Positions 33,934 to 44,779 of a stretch of 64,000 nucleotides of DNA are shown in pieces. The stretch lies in assembly GCF_000006765.1 (NCBI RefSeq), contig NC_002516.2; one strand, 5' to 3'. Every line of letters begins with the position of its first letter. Within the stretch, counting starts at the first letter, position 1. This DNA is from Pseudomonas aeruginosa PAO1 (lineage in GTDB: Bacteria > Pseudomonadota > Gammaproteobacteria > Pseudomonadales > Pseudomonadaceae). A model generated the notes under the pieces. It saw only the letters and a list, made by a program, of their open reading frames with translations. It had not been told where the DNA came from and made no database searches. A program made the translations under genes and the position numbers.

Positions 33934-34812
33934 TCATAAACCTTTGACGCCGCTGGGTTTCCCCTCCGGAGGCGGGCTCAGGTCCAGGGGTTTGTCCGGT
34001 GCCTTGGCGTTCCGCCCGGGCGCCAGCTGTTTTTCCACGTCGGCCTGGATCGCCTGCAACACCGGTTGCAGGTCGCGCATGTTGTCGCGGACCTCGGGGT
34101 AAGGGTGGTCCTTGGCGAAAGCGGCGATGCGTTCCAGCAACTGGGCGCGCACCGGGGAGGGCAGGTGGATGAACAGCTCGGGCATTTCCTTGGCCAGTTC
34201 GGCGGAGTAGAGCACCAGGTCCTGGCGCTCGAACTGGGCGGTGAGGCCGAGGTAGTCGAGGGCGCTGCCGGTGAGCATCGCCGCGGCCGCCTTGGTTTCC
34301 TGCATGCCCTGCAGGCGCGCGGGGTTGCGCTGCTCGGCCTGGGACAGGGTCATCCAGAATTCGACGGTGAGGGTGAACAGGATCGACTGCTCGCGCAGCG
34401 AGTAGCTCATCAGGCCCAGCGCCTCGGCGCCGTAGGGCTGTTTGGCGGCGCGGAAATCGAAGTACAGGCGCATCAGCTCCTTGAGCTTGAACAGTACTTC
34501 GCGGGCCTCGTTCTGGCGGATCTCCAGGGGGCTGTAGATGTTCAGCTGCGGGCGGAAGTTTTCCTCGCTGACCATGCGCAGGTAGAGCGGCCCGGTGAAT
34601 TCGCCGCTGCGTCGCGGCAGGGCGTTCTTCTGGGTTTCCTCGATCTTCTTCAGGGCGTCGATCAGCACCTGGTAGTCGTGGCTGTCCCAGGGCTTCTGGA
34701 TGTCCGGGATGCGCTGGCCGAGGTAGTAGAGGTCGGCGGCCGCGAGCGGGCGGCCGAGAACCAGTAAAAGGATGGCCAGCGGCCAGAGCAGGCGGCGTGA
34801 TAGGGTCGGCAC
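33934..34812 (-). CDS. Exported hypothetical protein (PA0827)
   Basis: 292 aa; GTG after AAGGA; signal peptide ...LLLVLGRPLAAA-D; normal host codon usage. Confidence 0.85.
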   Translation of the reverse strand: MPTLSRRLLWPLAILLLVLGRPLAAADLYYLGQRIPDIQKPWDSHDYQVLIDALKKIEETQKNALPRRSGEFTGPLYLRMVSEENFRPQLNIYSPLEIRQNEAREVLFKLKELMRLYFDFRAAKQPYGAEALGLMSYSLREQSILFTLTVEFWMTLSQAEQRNPARLQGMQETKAAAAMLTGSALDYLGLTAQFERQDLVLYSAELAKEMPELFIHLPSPVRAQLLERIAAFAKDHPYPEVRDNMRDLQPVLQAIQADVEKQLAPGRNAKAPDKPLDLSPPPEGKPSGVKGL

Positions 34813-34899
34813 GGACTTTCCTTGCGGGGCGCGTGGATCGGCCTAGGTTAGCGATGGCCGGGGCCGCCGTCACCCCGCGCTTCGATTGGGGCGGACGGG

Positions 34900-35583
34900 A
34901 TGGCAACGGCGCAGTGGGACGGCTTGCAGGCGGTATTCGAGGACCTCGGCGGCTACGGCGCGCTGGCGCGCCAGGCGGCGCAGGGCGAGGGGCCGCTGGT
35001 GGGGCATCTGCAACGGACCAACATCCAGCTTGCGGCGATCCCGGTGTTCACCCGCAAGGGGGTCGCCGAGACCACGGCCAACGACCTGCTGGAGGCGGCA
35101 CGGGTCTCGCGGCGGACTTTCTACAAGTATTTCGCCGGCAAGCTGGAGGTGCTGGAAAGCATCTACCACAGCGCCGTGCAATTGCTGCTGGCGCGCTTCG
35201 GCGGGCTGCGCAGCGAGGCCGGCAGCGACGAGGACTGGTTGCGGGCGATGGTCTCGCTGTTCTTCGACTACCACCTGGCGGTCGGTCCGATCATCCGCAT
35301 GATGCAGGAGGAGGCCCTGCATGCCGGCTCGCCGCTGGCGGCGCACCGGCAGCGCGCGCACCTGAAGATCGTCGAGCTGTGGACCGAGCGCCTGGGCGCC
35401 CAGGGCGCGGCCCACGATGCGCTGACCTACCGGGTGCTGATCTGGGCGATGGAGGCGGCTTCGCTGGAGCTGCTCAATGCCAGCGACCCGCTGGAGCTGC
35501 CGCGGGTCAAGCGGGTGCTCGGCGACCTGCTGGTGGGTACGCTCTGTCCCCGCACCCAGGCTCCGACGAGATTGCAAGGGTAA
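34900..35583 (+). CDS. TetR-family regulator (PA0828)
   Basis: 227 aa; VFTRKGVAETTANDLLEAARVSRRTFYKYF HTH. Confidence 0.88.
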   Translation: MATAQWDGLQAVFEDLGGYGALARQAAQGEGPLVGHLQRTNIQLAAIPVFTRKGVAETTANDLLEAARVSRRTFYKYFAGKLEVLESIYHSAVQLLLARFGGLRSEAGSDEDWLRAMVSLFFDYHLAVGPIIRMMQEEALHAGSPLAAHRQRAHLKIVELWTERLGAQGAAHDALTYRVLIWAMEAASLELLNASDPLELPRVKRVLGDLLVGTLCPRTQAPTRLQG

Positions 35584-35665
35584 CAGCCGGGCAGTCGCCG
35601 CTCGCGCCTACAGAACCTAGGTTGGGCTCGCAGTCCGTCGTGGCCATGCTCTGATGCCCTGTCAT

Positions 35666-35673
35666 AACAACAA
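35666..35673 (+). promoter_or_regulatory. Hfq/Crc CA-motif (AAnAAnAA) before the hydrolase RBS
   Basis: AACAACAA 19-26 nt upstream of the ATG at 35692. Similar motifs occur before oruR (AACAATAA, 37712-19), the DegV gene and cerN. Confidence 0.55.
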
Positions 35674-35691
35674 GACGGGAGACGTGCGTCC

Positions 35692-36633
35692 ATGTCCGCG
35701 ACACCCTATCTGCTGCAACCGCCGCTGGCGGTCGGATTCGCCCGCCTGGGCTTCGGCTCTCTCTCGCTGGAGTCGTTGCGCGAACGCTACGCCGCACCGT
35801 CCAGCGGCTCGCGCTTCATCGAGCTGGACGGTTTCCCGCTGCACTACCGCGACGAAGGCAGCCGCGACAAGCCGGTACTGGTGATGATCCACGGCGTAGT
35901 GGCCTCGCTGCACACCTGGGACGACTGGGTGAAGGCGATGTCGCCGTACTTCCGCATCGTGCGCTTCGACGTACCGGGCTTCGGCCTGACCGGGCCGGGG
36001 CGTGACAGCCGTTACTCTGGCGAGCGCATGGTGGCGATCCTCGGCCAGTTGCTCGATTTCCTGAAGATCGACAAGGCCTCGATCGCCGGCAACTCCCTGG
36101 GCGGCTATATCGCCTGGAACTTCGCCCTGGCGCAGCCGCAGCGGGTGGAGCGGCTGGTGCTGATCGACCCGGCCGGTTACCAGATGCGCAAGGTGCCGTG
36201 GATGATCGCCTCGGCGGCGCTGCCCGGCTCGACCCTGGTGATGCCGCTGTGGATGCCGCGAGCGCTGATCGCCCAGGGCATCAAGGAAGTCTATGGCGAG
36301 CCGGGGCGGATCAAGCCGGGGGTGGTCGACCGCTACTACGATCTGAGCCGCCGCCCGGGCAACCGCAAGGGCATGATGGAGATCTTCCGCGTGTTGCTGA
36401 AGGTCAACCGCGAGGAGCTCGGCACCTCCGGCGAACGCATCGCCCGGATCGTCGCGCCGACCCTGCTGATGTGGGGCGAACGCGACCGCTGGATCTCGCC
36501 GAAGCATGTACCGCTGTGGCAACGCGACCTGCCGGGGATCCAGGTGAAGACCTATCCGGGCGTCGGGCATATCCCCATGGAGGAGATTCCCGAGCAGACC
36601 GCGGCGGATGCACTGCGCTTCCTGATGGCCTGA
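35692..36633 (+). CDS. Alpha/beta-fold hydrolase (PA0829)
   Basis: 313 aa; MIHG, nucleophile elbow AGNSLGG, GVGHIPMEE catalytic His. Confidence 0.92.
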   Translation: MSATPYLLQPPLAVGFARLGFGSLSLESLRERYAAPSSGSRFIELDGFPLHYRDEGSRDKPVLVMIHGVVASLHTWDDWVKAMSPYFRIVRFDVPGFGLTGPGRDSRYSGERMVAILGQLLDFLKIDKASIAGNSLGGYIAWNFALAQPQRVERLVLIDPAGYQMRKVPWMIASAALPGSTLVMPLWMPRALIAQGIKEVYGEPGRIKPGVVDRYYDLSRRPGNRKGMMEIFRVLLKVNREELGTSGERIARIVAPTLLMWGERDRWISPKHVPLWQRDLPGIQVKTYPGVGHIPMEEIPEQTAADALRFLMA

Positions 36634-36651
36634 TCCCAGGCCTTCATGAAG

Positions 36652-36681
36652 AAGCCCGCGCTGGTCAGTCGCGGGCTTTTT
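36652..36681 (+). terminator. Intrinsic terminator
   Basis: AAGCCCGCG-9 nt-CGCGGGCTT-TTT. Confidence 0.8.
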
Positions 36682-36767
36682 AATGCGTGGACGAAAGGCC
36701 GAAATACCAGGCAGGGCAGGGAAGCGATGCATGCCCCTCTCGCGGCGCGGAGGGGCGGCGAGGAGGG

Positions 36768-37601
36768 TCAGGCGGCCTTCGGTTCCGGTTCGAATTGGTC
36801 GCGGTACTGCTCGATGAGGTGCAGGTTATTGTGCTGCCAGGGGTGGAAGTCCTTCTTGTAGAAGTCCAGGTACACGCCCACCAGCGAGCGGAACACGCCG
36901 TCCTTGCCCCACAGCCACTTGATGCCGTCGCGCCAGACCTTGAAGTTCCACAGCAGGCCGTCGCGCTTGAGCATGTGGACCAGGCCCTTGGTGGTGTCGA
37001 GGGCGAAGAAGAAGGTGCCCTGGACCATCGCCCGGCGGCGCAGCCTGGCCTTGCCGTTGACCAGCATGAACACGTCGTAGGCCACCGCCTTGTGCTCGGT
37101 TTCCTCCAGTGCGTGCCAGCGCCACAGGCGGGCCATGGTCGGGTCGGCGCCTTCCAGCCACCTGGGGTTGCTCAGCAGGCCGTCGGCCATGATCGCGGTG
37201 AGGTGCTCCAGGGCCGCGGTGGCCGCCAGTTGCCGCGACGGGTGCAGTTTCTGCTGGGCGAAGCGGATGCGCCGTTTGGCGCCGCCTTCCAGGCGGTCGA
37301 TGTCGTAGCCGAGGGCGCGCAGGCGGTCGCTGTAGACCAGGTGCTCGCGGCTGTGGTGGCCTTCCTGGCCGATGAAGCCACGGATCTGTTGCTTCAGCGC
37401 CGGGTCCTCGACCCGTTCGCGGTAGTGGCGCACGGAGTCGATGAAGAAGCGCTCGCCATCGGGGAACAGCACCGACATGGCGTTGAACATGTGGGTCTTG
37501 AAAGCGTCGCCGCTGTGCCAATGGCGCGGCATCGGATCGGGCAGGTCGAAGTCCAGATGACGCGGGCGGATCTCCAGACCTTCGGGGGTGGTGCTGGCCA
37601 T
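36768..37601 (-). CDS. Predicted metal-dependent hydrolase, diiron/ferritin-like (PA0830)
   Basis: 277 aa from MASTTPEG; FPDGERFFI, QEGHHSREH, LEHLTA and WHALEETEHKAVAYD motifs. Confidence 0.88.
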   Translation of the reverse strand: MASTTPEGLEIRPRHLDFDLPDPMPRHWHSGDAFKTHMFNAMSVLFPDGERFFIDSVRHYRERVEDPALKQQIRGFIGQEGHHSREHLVYSDRLRALGYDIDRLEGGAKRRIRFAQQKLHPSRQLAATAALEHLTAIMADGLLSNPRWLEGADPTMARLWRWHALEETEHKAVAYDVFMLVNGKARLRRRAMVQGTFFFALDTTKGLVHMLKRDGLLWNFKVWRDGIKWLWGKDGVFRSLVGVYLDFYKKDFHPWQHNNLHLIEQYRDQFEPEPKAA

Positions 37602-37725
37602 AGCGGCTCCCTGTGATGGTGAAGGACCATGGGATCGACTATCGCTTGCGGGGGATAGCCTCACAAGGTTATCTTCTGCCAACTTTCCGGTCATATCCGG
37701 CCAGCGGTCAGAACAATAAACAGCC

Positions 37726-38745
37726 ATGAAACAACCGCTCAATTTCACCGCCGAACTGGTGCCGGTGGCCTATGCCGAGGCACTCCTCGATCTTGTCGCG
37801 GAGTACGGCGTATCCCGCCAGGCGCTGTTCGACGCTGCGCGGGTGCGTCCCGAGGTGCTGGACAGCCCGAACGGCCGCCTGTCCTTCCTCGACTTCAACC
37901 AGCTCACCTACAGCGCCCAGGCCCTGTGCGGCGAGCCGGCGCTGGGGCTGGTGCTCGGCCAGCGCCTGAACGTCTCCGCCCACGGCATCCTCGGCTACGC
38001 GGTGCTGTCCAGCGCCAACCTGGGCAAGGCCATCCAGTTCGCCCTCAAGTACTACCGGGTGCTCGGCCTGGCCTACGAACTGGAACTGGTGCTCGATGAC
38101 GGCCGCGCCGAGTTGCGCGCGGTGGAGTCGATGCCGCTGGGTGCCGCTTCGGTGTTCGCCGCCGAGGGCCTGATGGCGACGCTGTATTCCATCGCCTGCT
38201 TCCTGGTCGGCGAGCCGTTGCAGGACGTGCGGGTCGGCTTCGCCTATCCGCCGCCGGCCCATGCCCGGCGCTACGCCGAGGTGTTCGGGGTGGCCGCGGA
38301 GTTCGAGCAGCCCTGGCACTGGCTGAGCATGCCCAGCGAGTACCTGGAACGACCGATGGCGCTGGCCAACCCGGCCACGGTGCAGATGTGCGAGCAGCAG
38401 TGCGAGGCGCTGCTGGCCACCCTGGACGTCCAGGAAGGCCTGCTGACCCGTGTGCGCCGCCTGCTGCTGGCGCGTCCCGGCGACTTCCCCGATCTCGAAC
38501 AGGCCGCCCGCGAACTGCACACCAGCGGGCGCAGCCTGCGCCGGCACCTGTCGTCGTTGGGCACCACCTACCAGCAGGTCCTCGACGATGTGCGCAAGCG
38601 CCTGGCCCTGCAATACCTGACCACCACCCAGCTACCTCTGTACGAGATCGCCCTGCTGCTCGGCTTCAACGATTCGTCGAACTTCCGCCGGGCGTTTCGC
38701 AAGTGGACCGGCAAGCTGCCCAGCGACTACCGCGAAGCGCCCTGA
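37726..38745 (+). CDS. oruR: AraC-family regulator OruR (PA0831)
   Basis: 339 aa; Arabinose_bd_2-type N-terminus (HGILGYAVLSS) and C-terminal double HTH (EIALLLGFNDSSNFRRAFRKWTG). Confidence 0.88.
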   Translation: MKQPLNFTAELVPVAYAEALLDLVAEYGVSRQALFDAARVRPEVLDSPNGRLSFLDFNQLTYSAQALCGEPALGLVLGQRLNVSAHGILGYAVLSSANLGKAIQFALKYYRVLGLAYELELVLDDGRAELRAVESMPLGAASVFAAEGLMATLYSIACFLVGEPLQDVRVGFAYPPPAHARRYAEVFGVAAEFEQPWHWLSMPSEYLERPMALANPATVQMCEQQCEALLATLDVQEGLLTRVRRLLLARPGDFPDLEQAARELHTSGRSLRRHLSSLGTTYQQVLDDVRKRLALQYLTTTQLPLYEIALLLGFNDSSNFRRAFRKWTGKLPSDYREAP

Positions 38746-38846
38746 GCCGACGCCGGCGATCCTCGGCAGCGGATGGATGTGCCATGCTTGGCGTTTCATA
38801 GAAATCCATGGCGCGCTTGCCGCGCCGACCGTGATCGGAGTCTTGC

Positions 38847-39488
38847 ATGTCGACATCCCCCGCGCTGATCCGCGAAACCTTTCCCGTCGGGCCTTTGCAG
38901 TGCAACTGCACCATCATTGGCGATCCGCTGACCAGGAAGGCCATCGTCGTCGATCCGGGCGGCGACCACGAACTGATCCTGCAGCGCCTCGACCGCCTCG
39001 GCCTGCAGGTGGTCAGCATCATCCATACCCACGCGCACCTGGATCACTTCCTCGCCTCCGGCGAGATGAAGAAGCGCACCGGCGCCAGCCTGCACCTGCA
39101 CAAGGACGACCAGTTCCTCTGGGACAACCTGGAGATGCAGTGCCAACTGTTCGGCGTGCCCTACACGCCGGTGCCGGCCCCGGACCGCTGGCTGGCCGAC
39201 GACGAGGAACTGGCCTGCGGTTGCGGAGTGGCACTGCACACGCCGGGGCATACGCCGGGCTCGATGAGTTTCTGGTTCCCCCGGGCGAAGCTGCTGATCG
39301 CCGGCGACACCCTGTTCCGCCGTGGCATCGGCCGCACCGACCTGTGGGGCGGCGACTCGGCGGCGATCCAGCGTTCGATCCGGCAGCGCCTGTACAGCCT
39401 CGACGAGGACGCCACGGTGGTCGCCGGCCATGGCCCGGACACCACGCTGGGCGAAGAGATGCGCGAGAACCCCTTCGTCAGGGGCTGA
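38847..39488 (+). CDS. Metallo-beta-lactamase-fold hydrolase, glyoxalase II-like (PA0832)
   Basis: 213 aa; THAHLDH, HTPGHTPGS, GDTLF and GHG motifs. Confidence 0.92.
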   Translation: MSTSPALIRETFPVGPLQCNCTIIGDPLTRKAIVVDPGGDHELILQRLDRLGLQVVSIIHTHAHLDHFLASGEMKKRTGASLHLHKDDQFLWDNLEMQCQLFGVPYTPVPAPDRWLADDEELACGCGVALHTPGHTPGSMSFWFPRAKLLIAGDTLFRRGIGRTDLWGGDSAAIQRSIRQRLYSLDEDATVVAGHGPDTTLGEEMRENPFVRG

Positions 39489-39593
39489 AAAGGATTTTTC
39501 CGAGCATCGGGAATTTTGCCACTTGGCTATGCTCTAAGATATCGGCCGCCCCTCACGCAGGGGCGTTTCAGTACCTCGAGGAGTAGTTTTCCC

Positions 39594-40307
39594 ATGTTCA
39601 CCTCCCGTTGCCTGCCTCTGGCCGCAGCCGTCACCGCACTGGCGCTGCTCGCCGGTTGTGCCAACAACAACCCCTACGACACGCAAAGCCAAAGCCAGGG
39701 TGGCATGAGCAAGACGGCCAAGTACGGCGGACTGGGTGCGCTGGCCGGCGCCGTCGCCGGCGCTGCGATCGACCACAACAACCGTGGCAAGGGCGCGCTG
39801 ATCGGCGCTGCCGTTGCCGGCGCGGCCGCCGCGGGTTATGGCTACTACGCCGACAAGCAGGAAGCCGAGCTGCGTCGGCAGATGGAAGGCACCGGCGTGG
39901 AAGTGCAGCGCCAAGGTGACGACATCAAGCTGATCATGCCGGGCAACATCACCTTCGCCACCGATTCGGCGAACATCGCCCCGAGCTTCTACGCGCCGCT
40001 GAACAACCTGGCGAACTCGTTCAAGCAGTACAACCAGAACACCATCGAGATTGTCGGTTACACCGACAGCACCGGCAGCCGCCAGCACAACATGGACCTG
40101 TCCCAGCGTCGTGCGCAGAGCGTGGCCGGCTACCTGACCGCCCAGGGCGTCGACGGCACCCGCCTGAGCACCCGCGGCATGGGCCCGGACCAGCCGATCG
40201 CGAGCAACTCCACTGCCGACGGTCGCGCGCAGAACCGGCGCGTCGAGGTCAACCTGCGACCGGTTCCGGGCGCCCAGGGCCCGGCGCAGACCCAGCCGCA
40301 GTACTGA
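39594..40307 (+). CDS. OmpA-family lipoprotein, YiaD-like (PA0833)
   Basis: 237 aa; lipobox LLAGC, glycine zipper, OmpA C-domain (GYTDSTGS..N..LS..RA; NRRVE). Confidence 0.93.
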   Translation: MFTSRCLPLAAAVTALALLAGCANNNPYDTQSQSQGGMSKTAKYGGLGALAGAVAGAAIDHNNRGKGALIGAAVAGAAAAGYGYYADKQEAELRRQMEGTGVEVQRQGDDIKLIMPGNITFATDSANIAPSFYAPLNNLANSFKQYNQNTIEIVGYTDSTGSRQHNMDLSQRRAQSVAGYLTAQGVDGTRLSTRGMGPDQPIASNSTADGRAQNRRVEVNLRPVPGAQGPAQTQPQY

Positions 40308-40321
40308 TCGCGGCCTGGACG

Positions 40322-40349
40322 AAAAAGCCCGCCATTCGGCGGGCTTTTT
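40322..40349. terminator. Bidirectional intrinsic terminator
   Basis: AAAAAGCCCGCC-attc-GGCGGGCTTTTT. Confidence 0.88.
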
Positions 40350-40376
40350 CATGGGCGCTGGTCGGCGCTCTTCGTC

Positions 40377-41291
40377 CTACGCCTTGGCGTTACCGGGAAA
40401 CTCGCGGTGCAGGCTGTCGAGCAACTGGTCCTTGCGCTCCCACAGCTGGTTGACCCATTGCTGGAATTCCGCGCGGTAGCCGGCGTCCTGGTCGTAGCTC
40501 TTGCCGACGAACTGGCGCGGAATCTCCAGTTCCTCGAAGCGCACCACGACGTCCTTCAGGCGTCCGGAAAGCAGGCACCAGAAGGTCGGGCTGCCGTCCG
40601 GGTAGTGGATGGTCACGTTGACCAGGGTCTTCAATTGCTCGCCCATGGCGTCGAGGACGAAGGCGATACCGCCGGCCTTGGGCTTGAGCAGGTGGCGGAA
40701 CGGCGACTGCTGCTCGTCGTGCTTGGCGCGGGTGAAACGGGTGCCTTCGAGGAAGTTGAACACCGCTACCGGGATGCGGCTGAACTTGGCGCAGGCCTTG
40801 CGCGTGGTCGCCAGGTCCTGGCCTTTCTTCTCCGGGTGCCTGGCCAGGTAGGCCTTGCTGTAGCGCTTCATGAAGGGGAAATCGAGGGCCCACCAGCACA
40901 GGCCGATGATCGGGACCCAGATCAGTTCCTGCTTGAGGAAGAAGCGCAGCAGCGGGATGCGTCGGTTCAACTGGTATTGCAGGACGAGGATGTCGACCCA
41001 GCTCTGGTGGTTGCTGGTGACCAGGTAGGAGTGTTGGTACTCCAGGCCCTCCAGGCCCTGGACGTTCCAGCGGGTGCGCTGGACCAGGTTCATCCAGCCC
41101 TTGTTGCAGGCGATCCAGCCTTCGGCGATCAGGCTCATGATCTTGCTGCACAGGCGCTGGGCGGCGGCGAACGGCAGGAGCAGCTTGACCAGGGTCATGC
41201 CGAACAGCAGGCAGGCCCAGCACAGGGTGCTGGACACCAGCAGCAGGCCGGCCAGGGAGCCGCGCAGGAAATGGGGGAGAAACGACAGCAT
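40377..41291 (-). CDS. PlsC-like acyltransferase, YihG-like (PA0834)
   Basis: 304 aa from MLSFLPH; SNHQSWVD (HX4D), FFLKQEL and FLEGTRF motifs. Confidence 0.92.
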   Translation of the reverse strand: MLSFLPHFLRGSLAGLLLVSSTLCWACLLFGMTLVKLLLPFAAAQRLCSKIMSLIAEGWIACNKGWMNLVQRTRWNVQGLEGLEYQHSYLVTSNHQSWVDILVLQYQLNRRIPLLRFFLKQELIWVPIIGLCWWALDFPFMKRYSKAYLARHPEKKGQDLATTRKACAKFSRIPVAVFNFLEGTRFTRAKHDEQQSPFRHLLKPKAGGIAFVLDAMGEQLKTLVNVTIHYPDGSPTFWCLLSGRLKDVVVRFEELEIPRQFVGKSYDQDAGYRAEFQQWVNQLWERKDQLLDSLHREFPGNAKA

Positions 41292-41417
41292 CAAGGAGTC
41301 CTTGTACGTAGGCGCCCGGCCAGGGCCGGGCGCGTGGAGCGGGGCGTGGTCCCGCCGTTCACATGGCACATCCTCGTGCCTGGCCGAAGCCAGTGCCGCC
41401 CACTGGGCGGCGTTCCT

Positions 41418-43532
41418 TCAGGCCGGGGCCTGGGCGTCCGCCTGGATGGCGGTGAGGGCGATGGTGTAGACGATGTCTTCCACCAGCGCGCCGCGCGACA
41501 GGTCGTTCACCGGTTTGCGCAGGCCTTGCAGCATCGGCCCGACGCTGACGCAATCGGCGCTGCGCTGCACCGCCTTGTAGGTGGTGTTGCCGGTGTTCAG
41601 GTCGGGGAAGATGAACACCGTGGCCTGCCCGGCCACCGGGCTGTTCGGCGCCTTCTGGCGGCCGACGCTGGCGATGGCGGCGGCATCATACTGCAAGGGT
41701 CCGTCGATCAACAGGTCGGGGCGCTGCTCGCGCGCCAGGCGGGTGGCCTCGCGAACCTTGTCGACATCCACCCCGGAACCGGAGTCGCCGGTGGAGTAGC
41801 TGATCATCGCGACCCGTGCCGGGATGCCGAAAGCCTGCGCCGACGCGGCACTCTGCACGGCGATCTCGGCCAGGTCACTGGCCGAAGGATCGGGATTCAC
41901 CGCGCAATCGCCGTAGACCAGCACCTGGTCCGGTAACAACATGAAAAACACTGACGACACCAGGTTGTAGCCGGGCGCGGTCTTGATCAGTTGCAGCGCC
42001 GGGCGGATGGTGCTGGCGGTGGTGTGGATGGCGCCGGAGACCAGGCCGTCGACCTCGTCCAGGGCAAGCATCATGGTCGCCAGGACCACGCTGTCCTCCA
42101 GTTGCTGCTCCGCCATCGGCGCGTTCAGCCCCTTGCCCTTGCGCAGCTCGACCATCGGTTCGACGTAGCGCTGCCGCACCAGGTCAGGGTCGATGATCTC
42201 CAGGCCTTCCGGTAGCACGATGCCCTGGGCCTGGGCCACCGCCTGGACCTCTTCCGGCTTGGCCAGCAGCACGCAGCGGGCGATGCCGCGCGCCTGGCAG
42301 ATCGCCGCCGCCTGTACGGTGCGCGGCTCGCTGCCCTCGGGCAGGACGATGCGCTTGCCGGCCTTCTGCGCGCGTTGCACCACCTGGTAGCGGAACGCCG
42401 GCGGCGACAGGCGCAGCTCGCGCGGCGTGCCGCAGCGCTGCTTGAGCCATTCGAAATCGATGTGCCCGGCGACGAACTCGGTGACCCGCTCGGCGCGCTC
42501 GCGGTCGTCCACCGGGATTTCCTTGTTCATCCGGTTCAGGTTGGTCGCGGTGTCGTAGGAGCCGGTGGCCACCGACAGCACCGGCAGGCCGCCCTGCAGG
42601 GCGCCGCGGCAGAGTTCCATGATCCGCGGGTCGGGCGGGAAGTCGCTGCACAGCAGCAGGCCGGCCAAGGGTACGCCGTTCATCGCGGCCAGGCTGGCGG
42701 CGAGGATGATGTCGTCGCGGTCGCCGGGGGTCACCACCAGCACGCCGGGCTTGAGCAGTTGCACGGTGTTGGGCACGGCGCGGGCGCATAGCACGATCTT
42801 CTGCACCCGGCGCTGCTCATAGTCGCCGGCGTTGATCACCCGTGCGCTGAGCAGGTCGGCGATGTCGCGGGTGCGCGCGGCGTTGAGTTCGTCCTGCCAG
42901 GGAATGCAGCCGATCAGGCGGAAGTCGTCGCGCAGCAGCGGCGAGTGTTCGGTGAGGCGCCGGGCGAAGTCCGCCACGCCGTCCTCGGCGTTGGCCGCGT
43001 CGGCCTCGCCGCGGACCTTGTTGAGGATCACCCCGAGCACCTTCGGATCGCGCGGGCCGCCGAACAGCTGGGCCTGGATCTCGATACGGTCGGTCAGTTC
43101 GGTGAGCGTCTCGTTTTCCGGCGCGGAGACCAGGATCACCTCGGCGTCGAGACTCTTTGCCAGGTGGAAGTTGACCCGCGCGGCGTAGCTGGCGTGACGG
43201 GTCGGTACCATGCCTTCGACGATCACCACGTCCTTGTCGGCGGCGGCGCGCTGGTAGAGGCTGATGATCTCTTCGAGCAGTTCGTCCAGTTGGCCGTCGC
43301 CGAGCATGCGCTCGACCTGGGCCAGCGGCAGCGGCTTCGGCGTATCCAGGCCGTGGGTGCGCGCCACCAGTTCGCTGGAGCGCTCCGGGCCGAGGTCGCC
43401 GGGATGCAGTTGGGCGATGGGTTTGAAGAAGCCGACCTTCAGCCCGGCGCGTTCCAGGGCGCGAAGCAGGCCGAGGCTGATCGAGGTGAGGCCGACGCCG
43501 AAACCGGTCGGGGCGATGAAGAAGGTATGCAT
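41418..43532 (-). CDS. pta: Phosphate acetyltransferase (PA0835)
   Basis: 704 aa long-form Pta with AAA-like and DRTGG domains; FPDLNTGNTTYKAVQR...GPMLQGLRKPVNDLSRG. Confidence 0.97.
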   Translation of the reverse strand: MHTFFIAPTGFGVGLTSISLGLLRALERAGLKVGFFKPIAQLHPGDLGPERSSELVARTHGLDTPKPLPLAQVERMLGDGQLDELLEEIISLYQRAAADKDVVIVEGMVPTRHASYAARVNFHLAKSLDAEVILVSAPENETLTELTDRIEIQAQLFGGPRDPKVLGVILNKVRGEADAANAEDGVADFARRLTEHSPLLRDDFRLIGCIPWQDELNAARTRDIADLLSARVINAGDYEQRRVQKIVLCARAVPNTVQLLKPGVLVVTPGDRDDIILAASLAAMNGVPLAGLLLCSDFPPDPRIMELCRGALQGGLPVLSVATGSYDTATNLNRMNKEIPVDDRERAERVTEFVAGHIDFEWLKQRCGTPRELRLSPPAFRYQVVQRAQKAGKRIVLPEGSEPRTVQAAAICQARGIARCVLLAKPEEVQAVAQAQGIVLPEGLEIIDPDLVRQRYVEPMVELRKGKGLNAPMAEQQLEDSVVLATMMLALDEVDGLVSGAIHTTASTIRPALQLIKTAPGYNLVSSVFFMLLPDQVLVYGDCAVNPDPSASDLAEIAVQSAASAQAFGIPARVAMISYSTGDSGSGVDVDKVREATRLAREQRPDLLIDGPLQYDAAAIASVGRQKAPNSPVAGQATVFIFPDLNTGNTTYKAVQRSADCVSVGPMLQGLRKPVNDLSRGALVEDIVYTIALTAIQADAQAPA

Positions 43533-43594
43533 CTGGGCTCCTTAAGCCGTGCGTTTGGCCTCACCGCCTGGTTGGGCGGGGGCGTCGATCCAGT

Positions 43595-44778
<1,184 letters not shown>

Positions 44779-44779
<1 letters not shown>

